Assembly: GCF_009914755.1 (NCBI RefSeq)
Contig: NC_060947.1
Length of the DNA: 64,000 nucleotides
Reading direction: 5' to 3' (one strand)
DNA from: the human T2T-CHM13v2.0 reference genome, Homo sapiens
Part shown: piece after piece, positions 43,750 through 55,058 of the stretch
How positions within the stretch are numbered: the first letter of the stretch is position 1
Layout of the letters: the number at the start of each line of letters is the position of its first letter
The notes under the pieces: generated by a model
Databases searched by the model: none
What the model saw: the letters and a program-made list of their open reading frames with translations, nothing else
Told to the model about the DNA's origin: nothing
Position numbers and translations under genes: made by a program

Positions 43750-45106
43750 TTCCCTTCCCCATGACCCTGAATAGTCCAGGCCAATTTGTCACACTAATCA
43801 AGGAGATATGACTTCAGGGCACCTTCCAAAATTTCACTCCTACTCAAATCTCCTCTTTCTCCTTTTGTCCTCTCTATCTGTGGGATATTCTAAGTCCCCA
43901 CCCCGAACGTCTAACAGATGAGCCCCCTTCATCAGCCTCACTGCCTCTTAAATCAGTCACACTCCCCTCTTCCTTCCAACTGTTAAATTTGTTTGTCCAC
44001 ACAAATCCAGTAGTTCACAGCCTTTCCTGTTAACCTGGCCACATGAACCCTGTCCAAAATAAACCTGCATTTCACCTAATTGACCAATTCATTCGCAAAA
44101 CCTGCTTATAATCTTGCTCGGCTAATCACCTTTCCCCCCCCACCAATCCATCAAATCCACCCACACCGTCACACACAGGGCTGTCACCCTCCTTCACCTC
44201 ATAGCCTCTTAACTAAACATGTTACCAGTCGGATTCCAGAAAATACCTCTTATCAACCCCTCCCCTTTCTGCCGGAGCCGCTCTCCATGTATCCAAGTCA
44301 AGGGCGCTCCCTGGAAAATATCCACAAACAATTCCCTCAACTGCAACCTGTATCCTTCTGCGCTGTCAGGACCGCAATGGCTATTAGTTACAAAAACCCA
44401 TTTCCTGCTCTCTCTCCAAAACCAAACAGCCTTCACCTCCTCCACTACCAACATTTCCTATCAGGTCTTCAGAGGGGCTACCCTTGCTGGCAGGTATTCA
44501 ACTTGGAAAAACATAAAAGTTAAAACAAAGGGTTTGTGCAGAATTCAACCCCCACCTTCTCATGACTTGCCACCATAACCTACAACTTTTGTCTATCCAC
44601 CCCTAGTGTCTTCTTCCTTTGCGGCACAAACTCTTATCTCTGCCTACTGGCCAATTGGTCAGGAACATGCACCCTTGTGTTTCAATCTAAACATTAACAC
44701 TTTGCCTAACAACCAGACCATCCAGGTTCCTTTAGTAGCTTCTGTCTCATCTTCCTCCACACACACTAAGCAGGCTGTACATCTCATTCTAGTGTTAGCA
44801 GAACTAAGCATCTCTGATGCACTCAGCACTGGGATAGCAGGTGGTCCCTTTCTTAGGGCCGTTAATCTTCCTCCTCCTGATAGTACATTTGGCCGATGTA
44901 TACTCACCTTCATATCCTGCTTTATCTCCCGAAGGCTAAACTCCCCTCTCCAGGCAGCCACCCAGCAACACATTGATACCATCCTTCTCCTCTGCCAAGT
45001 CCGGTACCAGTGCCTCCAGGAAAACAACTCTGAAGTCCGTCACCCCCTGCTTCAAAACCCAAACCCTGATTACAGCTCCCCTATTCGGCAGCAAGCAGCC
45101 AGATAA
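43750..45106 (+). pseudogene. ERV env remnant with the TM ectodomain deleted
   Basis: FFLCGTNSYLCLLANWSGTCTLV; cleavage/fusion-peptide remnant TKQAVHLILVLAELSISDALSTGIAG; membrane anchor VVPFLGPLIFLLLI. Confidence 0.82.
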
Positions 45107-45151
45107 TCAACAATGCCCCTCTTCCTTTTATACTAAAGTAGAAGGCAAGAA

Positions 45152-45599
45152 TGTGAGTCCAAACCACCATTTAGTAAGCACCCTGCTATTTTGCAGACCT
45201 TGATCAAAGTGAAACATTCCACGGGGGTTCGGGCCATGAGAAAAATCTTGCCTAATCATCGTAACACAAGGCGGACACAGGTCCAACTAAAGAAACTTTC
45301 CTATGGTATCTTGCTGGGCAAAGTTCCAAGAAACACCACAATGACATCCCACTGGAAAAAGGACCAAACAGCCTGATCATAAAAACATCTTATCAATATC
45401 CTGCCGGGCAGCAAGCCATACTGCCCAGGCCCCTCCCACCCCTACCTACAAGCACCCCAGGCTGTAAGCGGCGGTGGGTTCTGGCATTAAGCGGGTCCCC
45501 CACTTCCACAGGTGTCTGCAGTATTCCTGTGTTGCTGTTTGAGCCGTCCCTTCTCTGTGTGTCTTTCTTTCACCCTCACCTTCCCTTCAAAACCTAACA
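45152..45599 (+). repeat. 3' LTR
   Basis: tgtgagtccaaac ... aaacctaaca, preceded by the PPT. Confidence 0.93.
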
Positions 45600-45606
45600 A
45601 TCTTAC

Positions 45607-45684
45607 CTCATCATTTTTTTTGTTATTGGATTCACAGGGGCTCTTCCTCTTCTCCCCATTGGTGCTTGAAGTCGGCTGTTCCAT
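45607..45684 (-). CDS. SPANXN2: SPANX family member N2, coding part of exon 1 (aa 1-26)
   Basis: MEQPTSSTNGEKRKSPCESNNKKNDE; Kozak-like gaatcATGG; donor GAG|GTAAGA at 45607/45606. Confidence 0.95.
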
Positions 45685-45900
45685 GATTCTGCTTGGTTGT
45701 AGAATGTCTATAGTAGGCTCTTGTAGACTGCAGACTTCCACAGCTATATTGAAGCTTGCCAGGAGGATGTCCCAGAGCTCTGGCCCTCCCTATGTATACC
45801 TTCCTGGTGGCAAGGCAAAGCCACACTCTTGAGCTTTGTTTGATCATACAGGCAGTGTCCCAGCCAATGGCAGTCCTAGGGTGGCTTAGACATCACAAAG
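45685..45900 (-). promoter_or_regulatory. SPANXN2 5'UTR and proximal promoter
   Basis: TATA-like TATACATA at 45798-45791 (minus), CCAAT at about 45864, CRE-like TGATGTCT at about 45895-45888; TSS inferred near 45760. Confidence 0.5.
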
Positions 45901-46619
45901 CACCACTGCTGACCACTCCCTGGGCTTGTGGGGGACGGATGACAGGGGTGTAGAGGAAACCAAATGCTGTTGTTGTTTCAGCATCCCCTGAAGATGCATC
46001 CCAAACTAATCTGCTGCTGCTCATTTCTCCATGTTTAATGTTCATGGTTCACATGGAAGTGAGAGGATGATTCCTTCAAGCCCTTCCCCACAGTCATTCC
46101 TATGAAGTCATTCATTCTTTTGTCTTCCAGCCCTCACCATGACTTAGTATTTTAGATGTCTCACCTCAAATCCCTCCAAGCTAGTGTGGCTACATTTAAT
46201 TATTGGTGGAGATGTGAATTATCTCATTTTCCTCCTAAAGTTCCTTCATATGCACCTTGAAGACCATTTACTTTTAGGCTACTGCCAGGCAAATTTCAAC
46301 CCATGTTCTTTTACCCAATGTCCATGTAGTTCCTTTAAGTTTCCTATTTCCAATCTGAAATAATGGCCTTCAGTCTGTCAAAACTTTGGTGAATAAACTT
46401 TCTTTACCATGTATCCTAGTCTTGTTTCAAATCAGGGGTCTATGTTCATAGTAAATGTAGTATCCCAACATGAATTCTGCCAGTATGTGGGTGGGGGAAG
46501 GAGTGGATATTCAAGTGCTGGAAGTTGTTCTGAGTATTTACCTGCAGGATGCTACAATCTAAGACCCACATGTGCACCAGTATGGGCACAGTTATACTTT
46601 GTACTGGAGATTGTGTCCA

Positions 46620-47410
46620 GTGTAAAAGAAAAAAAAATGCATTCAGATTGGAAAGGGAGAAGTAAAAGTATCTTTTGTCAAAGACTACCTGAGAGTATAT
46701 GTAGAAAAGTCAATCTAAAAAAATGGTTCTACATTAATTGAGGTTAGCAAAATTGCAAAGTAAGAGATCAACACACAAATCAATTGTATGTTTATATATT
46801 AGCAGTTACATATGAGAAGTTTCTATATTAGAAGAGACAATGTTTTAGCCAATGGTAGTCCTAGGGTGGACTGGAAGTTAATTTCAACAACTGAAAGTTG
46901 AAACTAAGAACAGTGCAATTTAAAATATCACTAAAAATATTAAAGGCTTAGGGATAAATCTGACCAAAGATGTAAATGACTTGTACACTTAAAACTACAA
47001 AAATTTACAATGATAAATTAATGACATAAGAAAAAAATTGAGATCTATACTTTGATTTTCGGTTGGAAGATTCAATATTGTAAAATGGCAGTTATTTCCA
47101 ATTTCATCTGTGGATTCAACTAAATTCTAATCAAAATTCTAAAAAGCCTTTTTAATAGAAATTGACAAGATAATTATAATATTCATATGGAAATATAAAG
47201 TGCCTAGAATAGTCAAAAGAAAAGTGTTGAATCTTAAAAAGCTCTGGATTGCATCACTGTCAATGTTCTAGTTTTGATAGTGTAATGTGGTAGTGTATTG
47301 AAGATTTTACTATTGGGAGAGACTGGTTGAAGGGTACAAAAGGCCTCCATGTACGTATCTTTGAAACTTCTTGTGAATTTATAATTGTTTCAAAATAAAA
47401 ATCTAAAAAT
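46620..47410 (+). mobile_element. Old L1M ORF2 and 3' fragments
   Basis: 'cattcagattggaaagggagaagtaaaagtatc', 'gaaattgacaag...aatattcatatggaaa'. Confidence 0.7.
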
Positions 47411-50100
47411 ATTTTAAAAGACAGTAAGAAAGAGGACCGAAAATAGAGAAGGCATGGCCCAGGATTTCTCCCACAGGTTGACTGACACTTGTCTCATTCT
47501 CTATAAGAAGTCACAAAACCTGATAATGAAAAAAAAAATCTAAAAATAAGACAAACGAGAAGTAGACCCTGGAATTTTGTTCCAGTGTTCATCAAGCTCA
47601 CATAACTTTATTTTATACACCATAAAAACAAGAAAGGCCTAGAAAGATACCCCGCTGACCTCCAGACACAAGGCATTTATTGCATTCTCATGACTGTCAT
47701 CTAAACATTAACAAATCAAAAGAAGATTCTTATTAAGGTATACATTTTTAGTGAACCCCAGACATTGTCTATAGTTCAACAATTCCATTTATTAAATGCT
47801 CACAAGCTAACTTCTAATAATTTTTTGTACTCTTGCCTGCAATCAACAGTGAGAATAACACCCTGTCATATCATGTTATGGAAAACAAAACAAACAGAAA
47901 ACCAAAAGGCATATGCCACATCAAACACAGTAAGTCAGAAACTGATTACAATTTTTGAAAATAACAGCTTTCAATCATCTTACTACCTTTTAAAATTGTT
48001 TTCTAAATTTGTTTACCAAAAATGTTTCAATGGGTATATCACTATCCAAGGAAAATTAATCCAAATGTTAAGAAAACATTTAGTGCATATTTCTATTGAA
48101 AGATTACAACGTACTTTATAGAATAACTCCTATTGAAAACTTCAGTAATTATATTTTCAACCCAAATGAATAATAAACAATTAAAGGGAGTGGCTGGCAA
48201 GATGGCCAAATAGGAACAGCTCCGGTCTGCAGCTCCCAGCGAGATCAATGCAGAAGGCAGGTGATTTCTGCATTTCCAAGTGAGGTACCTGGCTCATCTC
48301 ACTGAGACTGGTTAGGCAGTGGGTGCAGGCTACAGAGGGCAAGCCAAAGGAGGGTGGGGTGTCACCTCAGCTGGGAAGTACAAGCGGTCAGGGAACTCCC
48401 ACCCCTAGCCAATGGAAGCTGTGAGGGACTGTGCTGTGAGGAACAGTGCACTCTGGCTCAGATACTATGCTTTTCACATGGTCTTTGCAATCTGCAGACC
48501 AGGAAATTCCCTCGGGTGCCTATGCCACCAGGGCCCTGGGTTTCAAGCACAAAACTGGGCAGCCGTTTGGGCAGACACCAAGCTAGCTGCAGGAGTTTTT
48601 TTTTTCATACCCCAGTGGCGCCTGGAATGCTAGCGAGACAGAACCGTTCACTCCCCTGGAAAGGTGGCTGAAGCCAGGGAGCCAAGTAGTCTAGCTCAGC
48701 AGATCCCACCTCCATGGAGCTCAGCAAGCGAAGATCCACTGGCTTGAAATTCTCACTGCCAGCACAGCAGTTTGAAGTCGACCTGGGATGCTCCAGCTTG
48801 GTGGGCAGAAGGGTGTCCACCATTAAGAGGGTTGAGTAGGTGGCTTTCCCCTCACAGTGTCAACAAAGCTGCAGGGAAGTTTCAACTGGGCGGACCCTAC
48901 CCCAGCTCGGTAAAGCTGCTGTAGCCAGACTGCCTCTTTAGATTCCTCCTCTCTGAGCAGGGCATCTCTGAAAGAAAGGCAGCAGCCCCAGTCAGGGGCT
49001 TATAGATAAAACTCCATGTACCTGGGACCGAGCACTTGGGGGAAGGGGTGGCTGTGGGCGCAGATACAGCGGACTTAAACGTTCCTGCCTACTGGATCTG
49101 AAGAGAGCAATGGATCTCCCAGCACAATGCTCGAGCTCTGCTAAGGGACAGACTGCCTCCTCAAGTGGGTCCCTGACCACCATGCCTCCTGACTGGGAGA
49201 CACCTCCAAGGAGGGATTTATAGACACTTCATACAGGAGAGCTCCGGCTGGCATGTGGTGGGTGCCCCTCTGGAACGAAGCTTCCAGAAGAAGGAACAGG
49301 CGGCAATATTTGCTGTTCTGCAGCCTCTGCTGGTGATACCCAGGCAAACAGGGTCTGGAGTGGACCTCCAGCAAACTCCAGCAGACCTGCAGCACAGGGG
49401 CCTGACTGTTAGAAGAAAACAAACAGAAAGGAATAGCATCAACATCAACAAAAAGGACATCCACACAAAAACCCCATCTGAAGGTCACCAACATCAAAGA
49501 CCAATAATAGATAAATCCATGAAGATGAGGAAAAGCCAGGGCAAAAAAGCTGAAACTTCCAAAAACCAGAACACCTTTTCTTCTCCAAAGGATCACAACT
49601 CCCCAGCAAGAGAACAAAACTGGATGGAGAATGAGTTTGACAAATTGACAGAAGTAGGCTTCAGAAGGTGGGTCATAATAAACTCCTCCGAGCTAAAAAA
49701 GCATGTTCTAACCCAATGCAAGGAAGCTAAGAACCTTGAAAAAAGGTTAGAGGAATTGAAAACTAGAATAATCAGTTTAGAGAAGAACATAAATGACCTG
49801 ATGGACCTGAAAAACACAGAGCAAGAACTTTGTGAATCATACACAAATATCAATAGCCGAATTGATCAAGCAGAAGAAAGCATATCAGACATTGAAGATT
49901 AACTTAATGAAATAAAGTGTGAAGACAAGATTAGAGAAAAAAGAATGAAAAGGAATGAACAAAGCCTCCAAGAAATATGGGACTATGTGAAAAGACCAAA
50001 CCTACATTTGATTGGTGTACCTAAAAGTGACAGGGAGAATGGAACCAAGTTGGAAAACACTCTCAGGATATTATCCAGCAGAACTTCCACAGCCTAGCAA

Positions 50101-51788
50101 TGTGTCCAGAATTAGTGGGTTCTTGGTCTCGCTGACTTCAAGAATGAAGCTGCAGACCCTCGCGGTGAGTGTTACAGTTTTTAAAGATGGTGTGTCCGGA
50201 GTTTGTGCCTTCAGATGTTCAGATGCGTCTGGAGTTTCTTCCTTCTGGTGGGTTCGTGGTCTCGCTGACTTCAGGAGTGAAGCTGCAGACGTTGGTGGCG
50301 AGTGTTACAGCTCTTAAAGGCAGCACGTCTGGAGTTGTTCGTTCCTCCCGTCCGGAGTTGTTCATCCCTCCTGGTGGGTTCGTGGTCTCCCTGGCTTTAG
50401 GAGTGAAGCTGCAGACCTTCGCAGTGAGTGTTACAGCTCATAAAGGCAGGGTGGACCCAAAGAGTGAGCAGCAGCAAGATTTATTGTGAAGAGCGAAATA
50501 ACAAAGCTTCCACAGCGTGGAAGGGGACCTGAGTGGGTTGCCACTGCTGACTGGGGCAGCCTGCTTTTATTCCCTTATCTGGCCCCACCCACATCCTGCT
50601 GATTGGTCCATTTTACAGAGAGCTGATTGGTCCGTTTTGACAGGGTGCTGATTGGTGCATTTACAAACCTTTAGCTAGACACAAAAGTTCTCCAAGTCCC
50701 CACTAGATTAGCTAGACACAGAGCACTGATTGGTGCATTTACAATCACCACAAAAGTCCCCACTAGATGAGCTAGACACAGAGCACTGATTTGTGCGTTT
50801 ACAAACCTTGAGCTAGACACAGGGTGCTGATTGGTGTGTTTACAAACCTTGAGCTAGACACAGAGTGCTGATTGGTGCATTTACAATCCTTCAGCTAGAC
50901 ATAAAAGTTCTCCAAGTCCCCACTAGATTAGCTAGACACAGAGCACTGATTGATGTGTTTACAAACCTTGAGCTAGACACAGAGTGCTGATTGGTGCTTT
51001 TACAATCCTTTAGCTAGACATAAAAGTTCTCCAAGTCCCCACCAGATTAGCTAGATACAGAGTGCTGATTGGTGCATCCACAAACCCCAAGCTAGACACA
51101 GAGTGCTGATTGGTGCATATACAATTCTCCAGCTAGACATAAAACTCCTCCAAGTCCCCACCTGACTCAGGAGCCCCGCTGGCTTCACCTAGTGGATCCC
51201 ACGCTAGGGCCGTGGGCAGAGCTGCCCGCCAGTCCCACACCATGCACCCGCACTCCTCAGCCCTTGGGCAGTGGATGTGACCAGGTGCCGCGGAGCAGGG
51301 GGTGGTGCCCGTTGGGGAGGCTCTGGCCATGCGGGAGTCCATGGGGTGGGTGGGGGGAGGCTCGGGCATGGTGGGCTGCAGGTCCCAAGTCCTGCCCCGC
51401 AGGGAGGTGGCTGAGGCCTGGTGAGAATTTGAGCGTGGTGCGGGCCGGCAGTGCTGGGGGACCTGGTGCACCCTCCACAGCTGCTGGCCCAGGTACTACA
51501 CCCCTCACTGCCCGGGGCCGATCCAAGTGCAGGGCCTGCCGAGCCTGCACCCACCTGGAACTTGCGCTGGCCCGCGAGTGCCATGTGCAGCCCTGGTTCC
51601 TACCCGCGCCTCTCCCTCCACACCTACCCACAAGCAGAGGGAGCCGGCTCTGGCCTCGTCCAGCCCAGAGAGGGGCTCCCACAGTGCAGCCGTGGGCTGA
51701 AGGGCTCCTCAAGCATGGCCAGAGTGGGCGCCGAGGCTGAGGAGGTGTCGAGAGCGAGTGAGGGCTGCCAGCATGCTGTCACCTCTCA
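50101..51788 (-). mobile_element. Solo LTR12 (ERV9; LTR12C/D-like), 1,688 bp, inserted in L1 ORF1
   Basis: Minus strand TGAGAGGTGACAGC ... TCTGGACACA; exact 4-bp TSD GCAA (50097-50100 and 51789-51792); GC-rich U3 and tandem CCAAT repeats. Confidence 0.96.
50540..51150 (-). promoter_or_regulatory. LTR12 enhancer/promoter: 9 intact CCAATCAG boxes, GATA site, AATAAA-type TATA box
   Basis: ctgattgg counted 9 times (plus 2 mutated) in 50599-51113; AGATAAGG at 50580-50573; AATAAA at 50571-50566. Confidence 0.8.
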
Positions 51789-54700
51789 GCAAGATGGGCC
51801 AGCATTCAAATTCTGGAAATACAGAGAACACCACAAAGATAGTCCTCAAGAAGAGCAACCCTGAGACACATAATCAACAGATTCACCAAGGTAGAATTTA
51901 AGGAAAAAAATGTTATGGGCAGCCAGAGAGAAAGATGGGGTTACCCACAAAGGGAAGCCCATCAGACTAATAGTGGATCTCCCTTCAGAAATCCTACAAG
52001 CCAGAAGAGAGTGGGGGCCAATATTCAACATTCTTAAAGAAAAGAATTTTCAACCCAGAATTTCATATCCAGCCAAGCTAAGCTTCATAAGTGAAGGAGA
52101 AATGAAATTCTTTACAGATAAGCAAAGGCTGAGAGAGTTTGTCACCACCAGGCCTGCCTTACAAGAGCTCTTGAAGGAAGCACTACATATGGAAAGGAAA
52201 AACTGGTACCAGCCACTGCAAAAACATACCAAATTGTAAAGTCCATTAGCACTATGAAGAAACTGCATCAACTAACGGTCAAAGTAACCAGCAAGCATCA
52301 TAATGACGGGATCAAATTCACACATAACAATATTAACCTTAAATATAAATGGGCTAAATGAACCAATTAAAAGACACAGACTGGCAAATTGGATAAAGAG
52401 TCAAGACCCATCAGTGTGCTGTATTCAGTAGACCCATCTCACGTGCAAAGACACACATAGGCTGAAAATGAAGGGATGGAGGAATATTTACCAAGCAAAT
52501 GGAAAGCAGAAAAAAAAAACAGGGGTTGCAATCCTAGTCTCTGATAACACAGACTATAAACCAACAAAGACAAAAAAAAGACAAAGAAGGGCATTACATA
52601 ATGGTCAAGGGATCAATGGAACAAGAAGGACTAACTATCCTAATTATATATGCACTTGATACAGGAGCACCCAGATTCATAAAGCAAGTTCTTAGAGATC
52701 TACAAAGAGACTTAGACTCCTAAACAATAGTAGAGGGGGACTTTAACACCCCACTGTCAATATTAGACAGATCAATGAGACAGAAAATTAACAAGGATAT
52801 TCAGGACTTGAACTCAGCTCTGGACCAAGCATATCTAATAGTCATCTACAGAACTCTCCACCCCAAATCAACAGAATATACATTCTTCTCAGCACCACAT
52901 CACACGTATTCTAAAATCGACCATAAAATTGGAAGTAAAACATTCCTCAGCAAATGCAAAAGAACAGAAATCAAAACAAACCATCTCTCAGACTACAGTG
53001 CAATCAAATTAGAACTCATGATTAAGAAACTCACTCAAAACCGCACAACTACATGGAAACTGAACAACCTTCTCCTAAATGATTACTGGGTAAATAACGA
53101 AATGAAGGCAGAAATAAATAAGTTATTTGAAACCAATGAGAACAAAGACACTACCGGTAGCAGGATCCTGGGGACACAGCTAAAGCAGTGTTTAGAGGGA
53201 AATTTACAGCACTAAATGCCCACAGGAGAAAGCAGGAAAGATCTAAAATTGACACCCTAACATCACAATTAAAAGAACTAGAGAAGCAAGAGCAAACATA
53301 TTCAAAATCTAGCAGAAGAGAAGAAATAACTAAGATCAGAGCAGAATTGAAGGAGATAGAGACATGAAAATCCCTTCAAAAAATCAAGGGATCCAGGAGC
53401 TGGTTTTTTGAAAAGATTAACAAACTAGGTAGACCACTAGCCAGACTAATAAAGAAGAAAAGAGAAGAATCAAATAGACGCAATAAAAAGTGATAAAGGG
53501 AATATCACCACTGATCCCCCAGAAATACAAACTAACATCAGAGAATACTATAAACACCTCTATGCAAACAAACTAGAAAATCTAGAAGAAATGGTTAAAG
53601 TCCTAGACACATACACCCTCCCAAGATGAAACCAGGAAGAAGTCGAATCCTTGAATAGACCAATAACAAGTTCTGAAATTGAGGCAGTAATTAATAGCCT
53701 ACCAAGCAAAAAAAGCCTAAGACCAGACAGATTCACAGCCGAATTCTACCAGAGATACAAAGAGGAGCTGGTACCATTCCTTCTGAAACTATTCCAAACA
53801 ATAGAAAAAGAGGGACTTCTCCCTAACACATTTTATGAGTCCAGCATCATCCTGTTACCAAAACTTGGCAGAGACACAATTAAAAAGGAAAATTTCAGGC
53901 CAATATCCCTGATAAACATTGATGTGAAAATTCTCAATAAAATATCGGCAAACTGATTCCAGCAGCACATTAAAAAGCTTATCCACCACGGTCAAGTCAG
54001 CCTCATCCCTGGGATGCAAGGCTGGTTCAACATACTCAAATCAATGAACGTAGTTCATCACATAAAGAGAACCAATGACAAAAACCACATGATGATCTCA
54101 ATAGATGCAGAAAAGGCCTTCAATAAAATTCAACACCCCTTCATGCTAAAAACTCTCAATAAACTAGGTATTGATAGAACGTATCTCAAAAAATCAGAAG
54201 CTGAAAATGATCATTCTCAGAAAACTAACACAGGAATAGAAAACCAAGCACCGCATGTTCTCACTCATAAGTGGGAGTTGAACAATGAGAACACATGGAC
54301 ACAGAGAGGGGAACAACACACACTGGGGCCTGTTGAGGGGTGGAGGGTGAGGGGAGGGAACTTAGAAGATGGGTCAATAGGTGCAGCAGCACCATGGCAC
54401 ACATATATCTGTGTAACAAACCTGCATGTTCTGCATATGTATCCCAAAACTTAAAGTAAAATTTAAAAAAAAAGAAAAAAACTAAATGCTGCTAATTTTT
54501 GTACATTGCTTTTGTAACCTGAAACTTTACCAAAGTCATTTATTAGGTCTAGGGGACTTTTGGCAGAATCTTTAGCAATTTTGTGGTATAGAATCCTATT
54601 GTTAGTGAAGAGACACACACATGCTGAGTTACGGTAAGACAGTGCATTACTGATGGGCATTTGAATTGTAAATTGTTATACATTTCTGGAAATTATTGTG

Positions 54701-55058
54701 ACAGTATTCATTAAGGCCATTAAAAGAAGTCATATTCTTTGATTTAGTAGTCATCTAGCAATATAAAGAAAATAAGTAAATATGTGGAAAAAATGGATGT
54801 ACACAATTATCAGAATAATTCAAATAATTAAAAGTAGTAAACCATCTAATTATTGAACAATACACTGATTAATTACATTATTATCCATTCATATGAGGTC
54901 TTGTGTAAACACTAAAATTTATATATTTTGTGAACCCTAGAAAAACCATTTGTCATATTTTATGACAATCACAAAATAAAGAAAAATATACATGAACATT
55001 TTAATAAATGCAGAAAGCATCCTTTTTGAAGAATGCTTAGTAACATGAGAAATTCTAT

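Larger units (their letters stand above)
37704..45599 (+). mobile_element. Near full-length defective class I ERV (HERV-F-like, possibly LTR46 group), antisense in the SPANXN2 intron
   Basis: LTRs 37704-38149 and 45152-45599 (TG...CA); PBS; PPT aaagtagaaggcaagaa at 45135-45151; gag-pro-pol-env remnants in order. Confidence 0.93.
48186..54481 (+). mobile_element. L1PA7/8-like element: 5'UTR, disrupted ORF1 (ATG 49525, stop 52239), ORF2 (ATG 52303) broken at about 54192, then an L1 3' end
   Basis: 5'UTR 'caagatggccaaataggaacagctccggtctgcagctcccagc'; ORF1p and ORF2p peptides in the ORF track; poly(A) at about 54465-54481. Confidence 0.93.

Noticed and set aside
44606-45106. 166-aa env ORF as a syncytin-like gene
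   Set aside because: No signal peptide, frameshifts, degenerate furin site and deleted TM ectodomain
45685-45741. N-terminal extension of SPANXN2 (MEVCSLQ...) in the ORF track
   Set aside because: Begins at GTG in the 5'UTR; the recognised protein starts at the ATG at 45684
51133-51864. GC-rich CpG-island-like stretch with several ORFs
   Set aside because: It is the U3 region of LTR12, not a gene
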